From: Octopus bimaculoides
Lineage: Eukaryota
Length of the DNA: 54,221 nt
Reading direction: 5' to 3'
NCBI RefSeq assembly: GCF_001194135.2
Contig: NC_068985.1
Location: 63,937,301 to 63,991,521, forward strand
The stretch's first letter is position 1. The number at the start of each line of letters is the position of its first letter. The translations under genes and the position numbers were made by a program. Under the pieces are notes generated by a model. It was not told the origin of the DNA, made no database searches, and saw nothing but the letters and a program-made list of their open reading frames with translations. Below, in pieces: positions 1-11,622 of the stretch.

Positions 1-96
1 ATGTTGGCTGCTCAAGAGTGGGCAGCAACAAAAAACCTATTTGTATATGCTCCACAAGGGAAAACAAGGAACATAGTTTACAATGAGGTGTTATAA
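1..96 (+). mobile_element. C-terminal tip of a Helitron Rep/Helicase (PIF1-like) ORF, frameshifted
   Basis: Frame 3 reads VGCSRVGSNKK. After a shift in the A-run, frame 1 reads NLFVYAPQGKTRNIVYNEVL* (TAA 94-96). This matches the typical Helitron helicase end YVxCSRV...LFVYAPxGKTxNIVYxEVL. Confidence 0.7.
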
Positions 97-214
97 TCAC
101 AACAGCAAGAAAGTATGTACATGATCACCTTCTTTTACGAAACTTCATTGACTTTCATATATTTATATTGATATACATATATATACGTGTGTTTGGGTGC
201 GTGTGTGTATATAC

Positions 215-308
215 ATCTCTATATATAAAGATGATGCGTAGTCTAGACGGCGTTTTTAGATTTCATTATTCTCTTTAACCCGGGCAACGCCGGGTATTTC
301 TGCTAGTA
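215..308 (-). mobile_element. Short non-autonomous Helentron/HINE-like element
   Basis: Minus strand starts TACTAGCAGAAATACCCGGCGTTGCCCGGG (terminal ACTAG plus a GC hairpin) and ends TTTATATATAGAGAT, embedded in TA repeats. Confidence 0.55.
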
Positions 309-744
309 TATATATAAAACTTACTTGGGAAAGGATGCATGGCGTTCGATCATATAATGATATAAATTAATATATAAACATATGCATATATCCATACATA
401 TATGTATTTACCTACATCTATATGTATACATACATGCATATATGGGTACAGGACATCAAAAAAACGTCAAACACAATGAGAAATGAAAACAAAGACGAAA
501 ACAGAAAACAAACTTTTTTCGAACAATAAAAAAAACAAACCTGCTTGTTTTTTTAATTGTTCGAAAAATGTTCGTTTTCTGTTTTCATCTTCATATTTTC
601 GTTTCTCATTGTATCTAACGTTTATTTTTTTTATGTCCTGTACCCATATATGCATGTATGTATATAGATGTAGGTATGTACATATATGTATGGATATATG
701 CATATGTTTATATATTATTTATATTATTATTACTATTATTATTA

Positions 745-783
<39 letters not shown>

Positions 784-784
<1 letters not shown>

Positions 785-1184
785 TCTTTTGTTTCAGTCA
801 TTTGACTGCGGCCATGCTGGAGCACCGCCTTTAAACGAGCAAATCGACCCCCGGACTTATTCTTTGTAAGCCTAGTACTTATTCTATCAGTCTCTTTGCA
901 GAACCGCTAAGTTACGGGGACGTAAACACACCAGTATCGGTTGTCAAGCAATGTTGGGGGGACAAACACAGACACACAAACACACTAACGCACACATATA
1001 TATATACATATACATATATATGACGGGCTTCTTTCAGTTTCCGTCTACCAAATCCACTCACAAGGCTTTGGTTGGCCCGAGGCTATAGTAGAAGACACTT
1101 GCCCAGGGTGCCACACAGTGGGACTGGACCCGGAACCATGTGGTTGGTAAGGAAGTTACTTACCACACAGCCACTCCTGTGCCT
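784..1184 (-). mobile_element. tRNA-derived SINE (CORE-like body, internal microsatellite)
   Basis: Reverse complement of the family at 51753-52165. A-box TGGCTGTGTGG, B-box-like GGGTCCAGTCCC, GGCACCCTGGGCAAGTGTC motif, internal TA/TG tract, tail ...ATGGCCGCAGTCAAATGACTGAAAC next to (TA)n. Confidence 0.85.
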
Positions 1185-1265
1185 AGAATCAGTAGTTCTT
1201 TGACTGCTATTTCTAAATTTTCAGTATGTTGGAGAAGCAATCCAATGCTAATCCCTGTATATTTA

Positions 1266-1304
<39 letters not shown>

Positions 1305-1308
<4 letters not shown>

Positions 1309-1547
1309 AGCGAGCCAAAAAATATGATTCATTTTTTTTTAATTTCAGAAAAGCTAATAAACATACAAATTCACAATTGGTTTCTTAAATACGCCTAACC
1401 ATTAGCTAAATTCTGTGAAAAATCTAAGTTTGTACAAATGCCTTAGTAAAAGTTAACACTATTACTAATGTTGTCCAAATGTCTAATGTGCAAAATAAGA
1501 GAACCATCAAACCAAAAAATGCTTCAATTAACTCAAAACCATAATAA
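1305..1547. mobile_element. Solo terminal inverted repeat of the Tc1 family seen at 42551-44040
   Basis: Co-linear similarity with 42551-42790 (AAAGCTAxTAAAxxTACAAATTCACAATTGGTTTC...TGTGCAAAATAAGAGAAC...AACTCAAAACCATAATAA). Similarity stops at 1547. Confidence 0.8.
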
Positions 1548-2100
1548 CACTGGTCAACAAGTATTTTTCATCAAGCATATGTCAAGATGCAGTTAGTGTA
1601 GTTTTTAATGCTGATTTCAAATATACAATTAGTTTTTTGACACCACATACAGTCTTCAAGATGAGAAGGATTTTGGGTTTTAGCTAATCATTATATAGAA
1701 ATTCCAATTAAAAACATGTAAGCATTTACATCATGGAAACATACCTTTTAAATATACTACATTATTCATTGCTGCATAGTTCAGATGCAATATTTCATCA
1801 TCTTAAATTAATCAATTAAGTGTTGTCTGATGAAATAGGTGATTCAGCAAATTGTCCAGTCATAATTGGTCTGATGAAATATTTCATCATCTCAAGTTCA
1901 ATATAGGTATATCTATTTGGATTTATTTCCTTACTTGTTTTATAGTGTTAACAATGTCAAGACAGTGTAGAAATCATCCTGAAGTGTTTTGCTATGTCTG
2001 TGGACAATTTATTGTGAAAGCTCAAAAGCGTACAATAACACCAGAGGTCAAGAAGATTTATAAGCTATACTTTGACTGTACTCTTGGAGATCAGGACAAG
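1548..2100 (+). mobile_element. Left end and transposase N-terminus of a Chapaev3-like (CMC) DNA transposon, truncated
   Basis: Begins CACTGG after TAA. From ATG 1954 it reads MSRQCRNHPEVFCYVCGQFIVKAQKRTITPEVKKIYKLYFDCTLGDQDK, matching the CxNxPxxFCYxCG...YFxxxLGDQDK zinc-finger start of these transposases, then breaks off. Confidence 0.65.
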
Positions 2101-2103
2101 TAG

Positions 2104-4200
2104 TGGAAGTTCCGGCAGAACAATCTACTGAGGGTTGTAGACCAAATCTATGGCTAGTACAAAGTTTCAGCTAGGTTAAGAGTAACATGGTGGTGGAACA
2201 AGGAGGTGGACAGCACTATAAAGGCAAAGAGACAGGCCTGGAAAGTCTGAGAAAATGGTGGAAGCAGAGAATTATATCAGGTTGCCAGAGGGGAAACTAG
2301 GTGAGCAGCTTACATTAAAGAAAGAATAGCTGATGGTAAGAGGTTTGCTAATGTTCTACAGCCTGAGGATCAGAAGCGTGAGGTGTTCAGGATTACAAAG
2401 TAGTGTATCAGAAAGAACAGAGATGTGGTGGGTGAGAAATGTGTGCAAAATGGATAGTGGTATGCTTGCACTTAATGACTCATAGAAGAAAGATGTGTGG
2501 AAGTGCCACCATGAAAGGTTATTAAATGTGGAAAATGAATGGGAGAAGCAGAGTCTTTCAAATATCAAACCAATTGGGGGACCGGCCATCAGAGCTGATA
2601 ACAGTATAAGCCCCTGGACAATTGGGTATCATTACCGAAATAGTCAAAATATCTGGTGGTGTGAGATACAGTCTAATCACTTGCATAGTTAATCAGGTTA
2701 CTCAGGAAGGTGCCATCCTCAATGACTGGAGCAGTAGTATTATAATTAGCTGCTACAAGGTGATGACTTAGATAGAAATAATTACAGAGGTATCAAACTG
2801 CTGGACCAGGTCATGAAAGTTACAGAGAGAGTTATAGCCCAATTGATTAGGATTAGAATTAAACTGGATGAGATGCAGTTTGATTTTGTACCTAGGATGA
2901 GTACTACAGATGCCACCTTCCTACTGAGACAGCTGCAGAAAAATTATTTGGCAAAAAGTAAGCTATTGAACTTAGCTTTCATTGACCTGGAGAAAAATTT
3001 CAACATAGTCCCCCACTCTGCTATCTGGTGATCTCTTAGGAAGCTAGGATCACAGGAGTGGCATGTTAGAGCTGTGCAAGCCATGTACAGCAATGCTGTC
3101 AATAAGGTGAGAGTCGGCCACAAATACAGTGATGAATTTAATGTACAAGCAGAAGTTCACCAAGGTTCAGTTCTCAGCCCATTCTTATTCATTTTAGTCC
3201 TCCAGGCCATGACAGAGGAATTTGAAACTAGATGCCCATGAGAATTACTTGATGGTGACGACCTTGCACTGATTGCAGAATCTATAGCAGAATTGAAGAA
3301 GAAATTCCAAGTATGGAAGCAAAACCTGGAATCAAAGGGTTTTAAAATTAACCTAGCAAAGACCAAATTTGTTAGCAAGAACACAGATAAGACTCTCCTG
3401 TCAGGTAAATGGCCCAGCTCAATATGTAGAAAATGAATAGGAAGTAATTCCATTTACTGCACCCATGTCCAATAGGAAGTAATTCCATTTACTCTTACGA
3501 ATACATAGGAGAGTCAGTGGAATCACAGGTAGATTAACAGGTAAGGTCACCTTCATGTGTGGCAGATGTACAGGAACAATTAGCACTAAGAGCACACAGG
3601 ACTTAGACTCTCTCAAATGCTCAGAAGGTTCTCTTGAGGTAGTAGACAGTTTTTGCTACCTAGGTGACCAATGGTTGTCGATGCTCTAAAAGTATTGTTT
3701 CTAGAATAAGAATAGGATGGAGGAAGTTCAGAGAACTATTACCTCTGTTGGCAACAAAGGGACTCTCTCTCTCAGGGAGAATGGTAGATTGTATGATGTT
3801 TGTGTACAAACGGCTGTACTCCATGGTAAATGAGGCACAGGCTCTGAATGCAGAGGATATGCATAGACTGGAGAGAAATGAAGGCAGTATGTTCTACTGA
3901 ATGTGCAACATCAGTGTGCTTGAACAACAAAGCACAAATATGTTGAGAGAAAAGTTGTGCATAAGAAGAATCTAATGCAGTGTGCAAGAGAGGAGACTAT
4001 GATGGTTTGGACATGTGATGCATATGAAAGAAAACAGCTATATAAAGAAGTGGATGGTTCCTGTGGAAGAGCGAGACCTAGGAAGACATAGGATGATGTG
4101 GTGAGGACTGATCTCAGGATGTTGGGCTTCACATAGGAGATGACAATGGACCAATATGTCTGGTGATATGAGGTTCTTGAGAAGACACGTCTACTGCAGC
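2104..4200 (+). mobile_element. RTE-clade LINE, 5' truncated, RT pseudogene
   Basis: Fragments MKVTERVIAQLIR...MQFDFVPRMSTTDATFLLRQLQKNYL...LAFIDLEK, HQGSVLSPFLF and RIRIGWRKFRELLPLL. Many stops and frameshifts. Confidence 0.9.
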
Positions 4201-5385
4201 AAAACTGAGTTCTTGAAGTACTCTGGGTTCCACCCACATGTAACAATAAAACTTTTCCCACACTTTATCCCAACAAACCAAACTACATCTCTCTTCATAT
4301 TTCCTCATTTCATGCACAATGCTTATGTTTATCTCTCACTTCCCAATCCTGTCCTCACTACCTTGCTCACTGTATCATTGCTATCCTGTTGTTCTCCACC
4401 CCATCTATATAAACCCAGGTTTTACCAGTCACTGTATTCTCCACACCATTTGCATTCATGTGAAGTCTTAAGTCCATACTCATGCACCTTGGCAATACCC
4501 TACCATTTATATTGTGATCCCATATCTTGAGGGTATGACCTTCCAATTTGCTATCACTTATCTCTCTTGCTCTTCTCTGCCATACATACATGTGTTAATC
4601 TAGTCTGACAGTGTTAAATAACGATGCTGCATGTTCCAGGTACTACATAGGAAATGCATTCTCCTCCATCCATCACATACACAACTTAACAACACACACG
4701 CATGTGCTTGTACATGCATACATACATACAAACATACATACACACACACACACACAAATACACACACTGCAACACAATGGTTAATAAGTGAAATAATAAA
4801 GCCAGGATCAGAAGCAATGTGTTCATTGTTCCTTCAATGATTTTTAATGTATGGACCCAACATTTTAAGTGGGACCAATAATGTTCAGAGTTTCACCAAC
4901 ACTCAATTACAGGGATCCTCTTGTCCACCATAATGTATCCACCATTCCACAATACCCCTTTTACTGGACACCCATACTAATAACCACTTTGCTCAAAAGC
5001 CCCACAATAATAACCGTTCCCAAAATCTCACACGAACAACGGCTTTCTTAAGACCCCACATAAATAAATCTTTACTTCCAGCCACACTCTTCCAATCCTT
5101 CCCACTGAAATTCTTTCCCTGCCTATGTTTCTCATGCACCTGTCCAAGAGGGACAGTCACCACATCAATATCACTGGTCGTGGAGTACCCAATATATCAA
5201 ACGAACAGCCTTTTCAACCAGACCAAATCCTTCAAAAGACTTCTAATGTGCTCTATTTAGAAAAAAGCTACAACTGAAGCCACATAAAGTATCTACTTTT
5301 AGTTTCCAATTGTTATAGTAAGAAGAACAAAGAGAAAACTGCAATGAGAGTGCATTTTTATTGACTTGAATAAATAATCATCATC

Positions 5386-5580
5386 ATCATTGTCGTCGTT
5401 TAACATCCGCTTTCCATGCTGGCATGGGTTGGACGATTTGACTGAGGACTGGTGGACCAGGAGGCGACACCAGGCTCCAATTTGATTTGGCAGAGTTTCT
5501 ACAGCTGGATGCCCTTCCTAACGCCAACCACTCCAAGAGTGTAGTGGGTGCTTTTAATTGCCACCGGCACGAGGGCCAAA
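5386..5580 (-). mobile_element. 3' tail of the RTE family (or a tail-sharing SINE)
   Basis: (CAT)n followed by TTTAACATCCGCTTTCCATGCTGGCATGGGTTGGACG...GGATGCCCTTCCTAACGCCAACCACTC, the reverse complement of the tails at 29310-29464 and 38100-38255. Confidence 0.85.
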
Positions 5581-5609
5581 ACTATAAGTGAATGGATTTG
5601 GTGATAATA

Positions 5610-6867
5610 TTAGGTCATCGAGTATGAAATTTGGAGTAAGGTGTATGGTAATCTTTGACAGCTGCTCATTTGCGCCATTATTATATTTTGACAATCTTTA
5701 TTTTTTGTTAGAAAGCTGACATCTATTTCTTTATTCTAACTCATTTTGTGCTTTATAAAGTATTTATAAATCATTTCTTGCTATTTTTGTTCACAGATGG
5801 ATAAGTTGGAAATTCATACAGTTTTGAAATATGAGTTCTTTCTTGGAAATACAGCATCACACACAGCTCAGAATATTAATGGGGTATTTCATTCTAATGT
5901 TATTATACAGCAGACAGTATCAAATTGGTTTGCAAAATTTTGTTCTGGTAACTTTGACCTCACAAATGAGCAACACGGTCAACCAGAAACAAAGGCGGAT
6001 AATGACAAACTGAAAGCCACCATCAAATTAGATCCATCTCAAAGTGCCCATGAATTATAGTTGTTGTTTGGTGTTAGCAAGCAAATATTGACTCTGTTAG
6101 TTCAAATCGGTAAAGTGAAAAAGTTGGATAAGTGGGTTCCACATGGACTCAATGAAAATCAGAAACAGCATTTGCAAGCCTGCATTATGCTACTTTCTCG
6201 TTACAAAAATGAATCATTTTTGAATCGAATTGCAATGTGTGATGAGAAATGGATCCAATACAACAACCGTAAATGTTCAGCGCAATGGTTGGACAAAGAC
6301 GAGCCACCAAAATACAGTCCAAAAAGCAAAATTCATCAGAAAATGTTGATGGTGTGTGTTTGGTGGTCTGGCACAGGTGTGATCCATTATGATATCATTA
6401 AACCTGGCTCATCAATCACAGCTGAAGTATACTGCAGCCAACTGGACCAAATGATGCAGAAACTTACAAAAAAAACAGCCTAGATTAGTCAACAGATCCA
6501 CTCCTATTTTATTGCAAGACAATGCCAGATTACACCCACACATCACAAAAATGACATTGGCGAAACTACAGGAGTTGGAATTGGAAGTTCTCCATTATCC
6601 ACCATACTCACCTGATCTTGCCCCCCACTGACTACCACTTCATCCAGAATTTGGATAACTTTTTGATAAAACAGGCCATCCAAGATTTTATTGACTCTAG
6701 ATTGCTAGGCTTTTACAGTTCCGGACTGAACAAGCTACTGCTGAAATGGCAAAAGTGTACTGACAATATGGGTGCATACTTTGATGAATAAAACTATTCC
6801 TTGTATTTATAAAACATTAGCAAACATTTTTTTTTCTTTTCTACAAACTTCATACTTGATGACCTAA
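5610..6867 (+). mobile_element. Full-length mariner (D,D34D; cecropia/Hsmar1-like), inactivated transposase
   Basis: TIRs TTAGGTCATCGAGTATGAAATTTGGAG and (rc) TTAGGTCATCAAGTATGAAGTTTGTAG, TA duplication at 5608-5609 and 6868-6869. Motifs WVPHGL, CDEKW, VWW, QDNA, HPPYSPDLAP. Stops at 6058 and 6481. Confidence 0.95.
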
Positions 6868-6944
6868 TACTAAATCATATACTAAATGTTACCATAACAA
6901 CAAACTAGTACAGCTATATAGACACAAGGTAATACTAATCCATA

Positions 6945-7146
6945 TCTTTCATCTTGTTACAAGTCACTGGACTATGACCACACTGGGGCACTGTTTTGAA
7001 GGATTTAATCAAACAAATCAACTCTAATATTCATTTTTAAGCCTGGTACTTTCTTTTGGTCTCTTTTGCCAAACTGCACAATAGTGATGTAAACAAAACC
7101 AACATTGGTTGTCAAGCAATGGAGAAGAACAAACACAGGTGCATGT

Positions 7147-7188
<42 letters not shown>

Positions 7189-7310
7189 GCATGTATGTAT
7201 GTGTATATATATGCAATGGGCTTCTCTCAGCTTTTGTCTACCAAATCCACTCACAAGGCTTTGATTGGCCCAGAGCTAGAGTAGAAGATACTTGCCCAAG
7301 GTGCCACATT
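6945..7310 (-). mobile_element. Older diverged copy of the tRNA/CORE-like SINE, head truncated
   Basis: CTACCAAATCCACTCACAAGGCTTTG...ACTTGCCCAAGGTGCCAC plus an internal (CA)n(TA)n tract. Confidence 0.75.
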
Positions 7311-7600
7311 TTACAAGAAAAATCGAATAGAAAGACAGATAGCAACAAGAAAATAGACTACTTTTCATATAAAGAAAAGTTGGAAATGCATTTAGTGTCT
7401 TTGAAAAGATATAGTTATATTTACTACACTAGTTTCACAAGTTCATGATGTTCAAAAAGGATGTGAGATAGAAGGACCTGGAGCTATATTATTTCGTTTT
7501 GACTCTGACTGGTGTTGGAGAACATTCTGGATGGTTAAAGCTGGGTACAAGTTCAGAGTTTCAGAATGCCTGTATGAATGGTAGTTATGCCAAAAGTTAA

Positions 7601-8121
7601 CCCATTAACTGCCAAATTTTTTTATTCATATTTTTTGGTTTTGCCAGGTGTCTTGGGAGTTAATATAATATATAGCATTTAAATTTTTCTTCATATGTGA
7701 ATTATTTTGGAAATTATAAATTTTTCGAAAAGTCCCAAATGGGGATCGCTGAAAAAAGCATATCTATCCTTTTCTACTCAATTGCAATAACAAAAGTTTT
7801 AGTTTTTTTTTTAAACTATAGTGTCAAACGTGAATGTGTATGAAACATCAATGAATGATACAGATGAGAAATGCAAAACAAAAAAGAAAAAACGTTTTCA
7901 AAACAGTCAATATTTTTGTAGTTCAAAAATTGCAATTCATGACATAAAATGTCTTCTAGAATTAGCCAGAGCTAATAATTACAAACTTTAACTACTAAAT
8001 ATTGTTAAACACACCTCTGCAAATGCAATGCACATAAGCAATTCACTTTAAATACAACAAGCAACTGGCAGTGAGACTGTTTTTAGTAGATCCCCAAATG
8101 GGGCTCATGGCAGGCAATTGG
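7601..8121. mobile_element. piggyBac-type non-autonomous element (MITE)
   Basis: TTAA at 7597-7600 and 8122-8125. Termini CCCATTAACTGCCA and (rc) CCAATTGCCTGCCA. Internal CCCAAATGGGG motif at about 7734 and 8093. Confidence 0.7.
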
Positions 8122-8369
8122 TTAAGGTTGTAGTAGTTCAGTGAATCTATATGTGACAGTATAAATAAAAATTATATTTTATGTTTGCAGAATAGGTCAT
8201 GGAACAATATAGAAGATAAACATACCAAAATTTAAAGCCAAAGCATGAACAAGAGGTTGTCAGAATAGCTAAAATTAGAGAAAAGGTTTAATCGTCTGTG
8301 TATATAGACGTGTATATGCATTTGTGTGTGAAAATATGAACTAACATAGCATCTGATATGTTGTTATAG

Positions 8370-8760
8370 CTTATTAGGTTGTGGTTTGTATTTTTAATGA
8401 ACATAAATTTTTTATTCATCTGTATTTGATCTCTATGAAAACTAACAATTTTGATGATTTGCTTGTTGCATGTAAGTTTATATGTTCACTTAGTGGAATC
8501 TATCCGGTATAAAGATCTTACATTTGTTTTTTGCCAATGTATATTGAATCTCTTTTTCATAGTATGTTGCATTTGTCCTATGTAATTTTTATTATAACCA
8601 TCACATTCAATAGCATAAGATAATAGGTGAAGTGATATATTTTTACATTGTCTAAAAAATTGCCTATTCATCTCTATGGTTATAAACAAGTTGCCAACAT
8701 TCATACAGAGTTGTTAGTTTGAAGTTTTCTGAAAATGCATGTCTGGGCTGTTTGTTGCTT
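8370..8760 (-). mobile_element. Penelope-like element remnant: GIY-YIG endonuclease domain
   Basis: ORF 8486-8704 contains LSYAIECDGYNKNYIGQMQHTMKKRFNIHWQ (Y-I-C...YIGQ...RFxxH), followed in another frame by PLSEHI. Confidence 0.8.
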
Positions 8761-9296
8761 GATAGACTGATGGAATTATTAGTTTGCTTGGAAACAGGTG
8801 AGGGTTGGCAATGGGAAGGCTACCCAACTATAGAAATTCTGCTTCAACACGGTCTCATCTAATCCATGCAAGCATGGAAAAGTATATTGAAATAATGATG
8901 AGATATTATCCACCATTTCACAGGGAAGATTTATCTCACTTTTATTCTTAGAATAATCTCCCACAAACTACACCTGGTTGTCTTTTTGTCTGTCTGGAAT
9001 AGAGAAAGTGAGACAGAGAAGATAGATGGTGATGGGGAAAGATGGCAACAATTTAAAAACAAACACATCTGTTCAACTGAACATTTAGCTATAAAAGCAT
9101 TCCTGAGTTAATTACAACAGGAATTTACATCAAATCCACATTTGAAAAAGCAGTGTGATATCTAAATGGTTCCATTATCTTTTATTAAGTAGGTATTACT
9201 ATGAAATTTTGAAAATATTTGAATGTAATTTCTACTGTGTTTTTCTTGGAGAACATCCAAAAAGAAACATTTTGATACCTCCTTTCTGAAATATAG

Positions 9297-9329
9297 ATGA
9301 ATATCTTAGGAAATATGACAATTTGAATG
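9297..9329 (+). CDS. Candidate 33-nt coding microexon (D)EYLRKYDNLN(G)
   Basis: Acceptor CCTCCTTTCTGAAATATAG, donor G|GTAAGC, phase 1/1, open frame. Short enough to arise by chance. Confidence 0.25.
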
Positions 9330-10417
9330 GTAAGCAAATTGGTCAACATCTTGCCTAATTGGCCTAAATGAATAATTAGCCATAATTGTGATGTCATATC
9401 TTTGAAATTGAGGTGATAATCATTTTCAAATTACACAATAGTGACCATGGGAAGCAGCTGCATATTTTTTTTTCTAGATTCTTGAAAAGAGAGCGTTTTT
9501 TTTAAAGGCATTTTAAAAAACATTTATATAAAGCTTATTTCATTACATGTCACAAACAGTCAATTTCACAGTGCCTTCAGACCTAGTTAAATCCAAAAGT
9601 ACAAGCTACAGGAACTTGAGTTTTGGCACATATAGAACTAAATAAAACCTGAGATTTTTGGACAGGACACCATTTCAATAAAATTTTAATGGGCTAATAA
9701 AAATGAGTATAAGTGGTAGAGTTTTGGATCTATATGTCCACTTACATTGGATTTTCTCCATTTGGACAGGGAGTTTTTCCAACTTTGTTTTACATCACAG
9801 CCTTGAAAATGATGGGGATAAGCGTTTTATGAAAAAAAATTTGAGAAAGCTTTTGTTTGTTTTTGCACTTTATTTTCCAATGAAAAATAATTTTGAAAAT
9901 ATTTTCTAACAAAAAGGTGTGTGGTTTAAGGGAGATTTAGCTGTTGTTTCTAACACATCAAATGATAACCTGGTGCCCTCTCAGAATTGCATGTAGATCT
10001 AGATTAAAAAACAAGCAAAATGTGAAAACTAATTCTTTGTTTTAAGCATTAAAAATGTAAATTAAAGTTACAGCAAACTTTAATTGAAGTTAATGGAAGC
10101 TAACTCAACTTGAGTTAATGGAAGTTAAATGTAATGAATGTTAATTTGTTAACAAAAATTACATTACATCTGACTTTGTCTCCAAAGATACATTCATTGC
10201 AGAATATAATCTTTATTGGCAAACTGTGAGCAATATTTCTTAAAGATAAAGAAAATTTACATGTATAAGAATATTAACTAGGTAAAATTCAAACACATTA
10301 AGATAGCAAGAGGGAATAAACATTTTCAATACAACTATCTTGGGGTCTAAAGAGCTTGTAGCTCAATTTAGTGCATTTGTTTTGTAGAAGTATAAATTTA
10401 TTTAGTATATAGTTCAC

Positions 10418-10588
10418 CCATTTCTTGAAATTATAGCTGAAACTTGATATTTGAAGCCTTGTATTAGTGTTCCATTTGATCCTTTGCTGCGTGCAAATAC
10501 TTCAGTTTGATGAATAGTGTCAGTATACCATCCTCTTTTATTGACTGTACTTTTCACCATTTTGTGGCTAGATTTGGTAACGACTATA
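10418..10588 (-). CDS. Candidate 171-nt symmetric exon, unidentified protein
   Basis: TTCTTGTGACTTCAG|T ATA GTC...AAT GG|GTGAAC. 56 open codons: IVVTKSSHKMVKSTVNKRGWYTDTIHQTEVFARSKGSNGTLIQGFKYQVSAIISRN. Splice signals are only moderate. Confidence 0.3.
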
Positions 10589-11530
10589 CTGAAGTCACAA
10601 GAACTTTTTCTTTCTTATGACATAAAAATCTTGAAGAAAATATGTTTTTCTAAGTGAAAATTAATGATAAAATTTTTGCTTTTATATTTCACAATGATCA
10701 TCTAACCTACCCTCATCAATTTTTATATCAAAATAAAGCAAAATCATTCCTTTTCATGACTGTATGATTTTCAACACAAGTTATAGTGCTCCAGCATGCT
10801 CAACTACACTTAGGGCTACCAACAGGTAGTAAAAAAAGCAAAAAAAAAAAAATTTGTAAATGCATGGAAATACAGGGTGTTTGAATGACTCTGACATGAT
10901 ATGTAACAGTCAGATTTTAATTAAAACCATATGAGAAGAGAATTCATATCTAGAACTTTCAAATGGTATATAATTTTCTATGGAAAAAATTTATTTTGAC
11001 ATGAAAATGATGAAGCAAACAGTGTGCTTTTGTGTGTTCAAACTGTGCTTCTCTCCATTGTATGGCACTCTGTAGTAATACCTTCTATAATATATGTTTG
11101 GTCACCAAATTCCTATGTGTATTTAGAGGGATTCCAAGAGTCATTTGTTCAACCATCTTCAAACATCTACTACTATAGGTATAGGTATGGTTAGATGTAT
11201 AGGTATGGTTATATGTGTAAGTATGGTGATGTCAAACTGAAGAAAGAAACATTGAAAACAATTTCTTGAAACCTTATAACAGATTTAATTCTGGTCAAAA
11301 TGGTATATTGATTTCATCTCCAGAAAACCTTTCTTATTTCAATTAATCTATTGACAATTTTTATAACAGCTCAAAAGACTTTGCCTGGATTCATGTCAGT
11401 TCATTAAAGACTATTTTCTTTTAATTGGTTATTTAACAAACTGTTAAAACATATTACACAGCAGTCTGTTTAGATATTACTGCCAGTAATACACAGCCAC
11501 TTAAAAAAAATTAGTTTCCATCTAACTACA

Positions 11531-11532
<2 letters not shown>

Positions 11533-11617
<85 letters not shown>
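11533..11617. repeat. (TG)n microsatellite
   Basis: About 40 uninterrupted TG units, read directly. Confidence 0.98.

Positions 11618-11622
<5 letters not shown>

Noticed and set aside
467-869. ORFs of 78 and 128 aa
   Set aside because: Low-complexity translations of TA/TAT repeats and a SINE tail.
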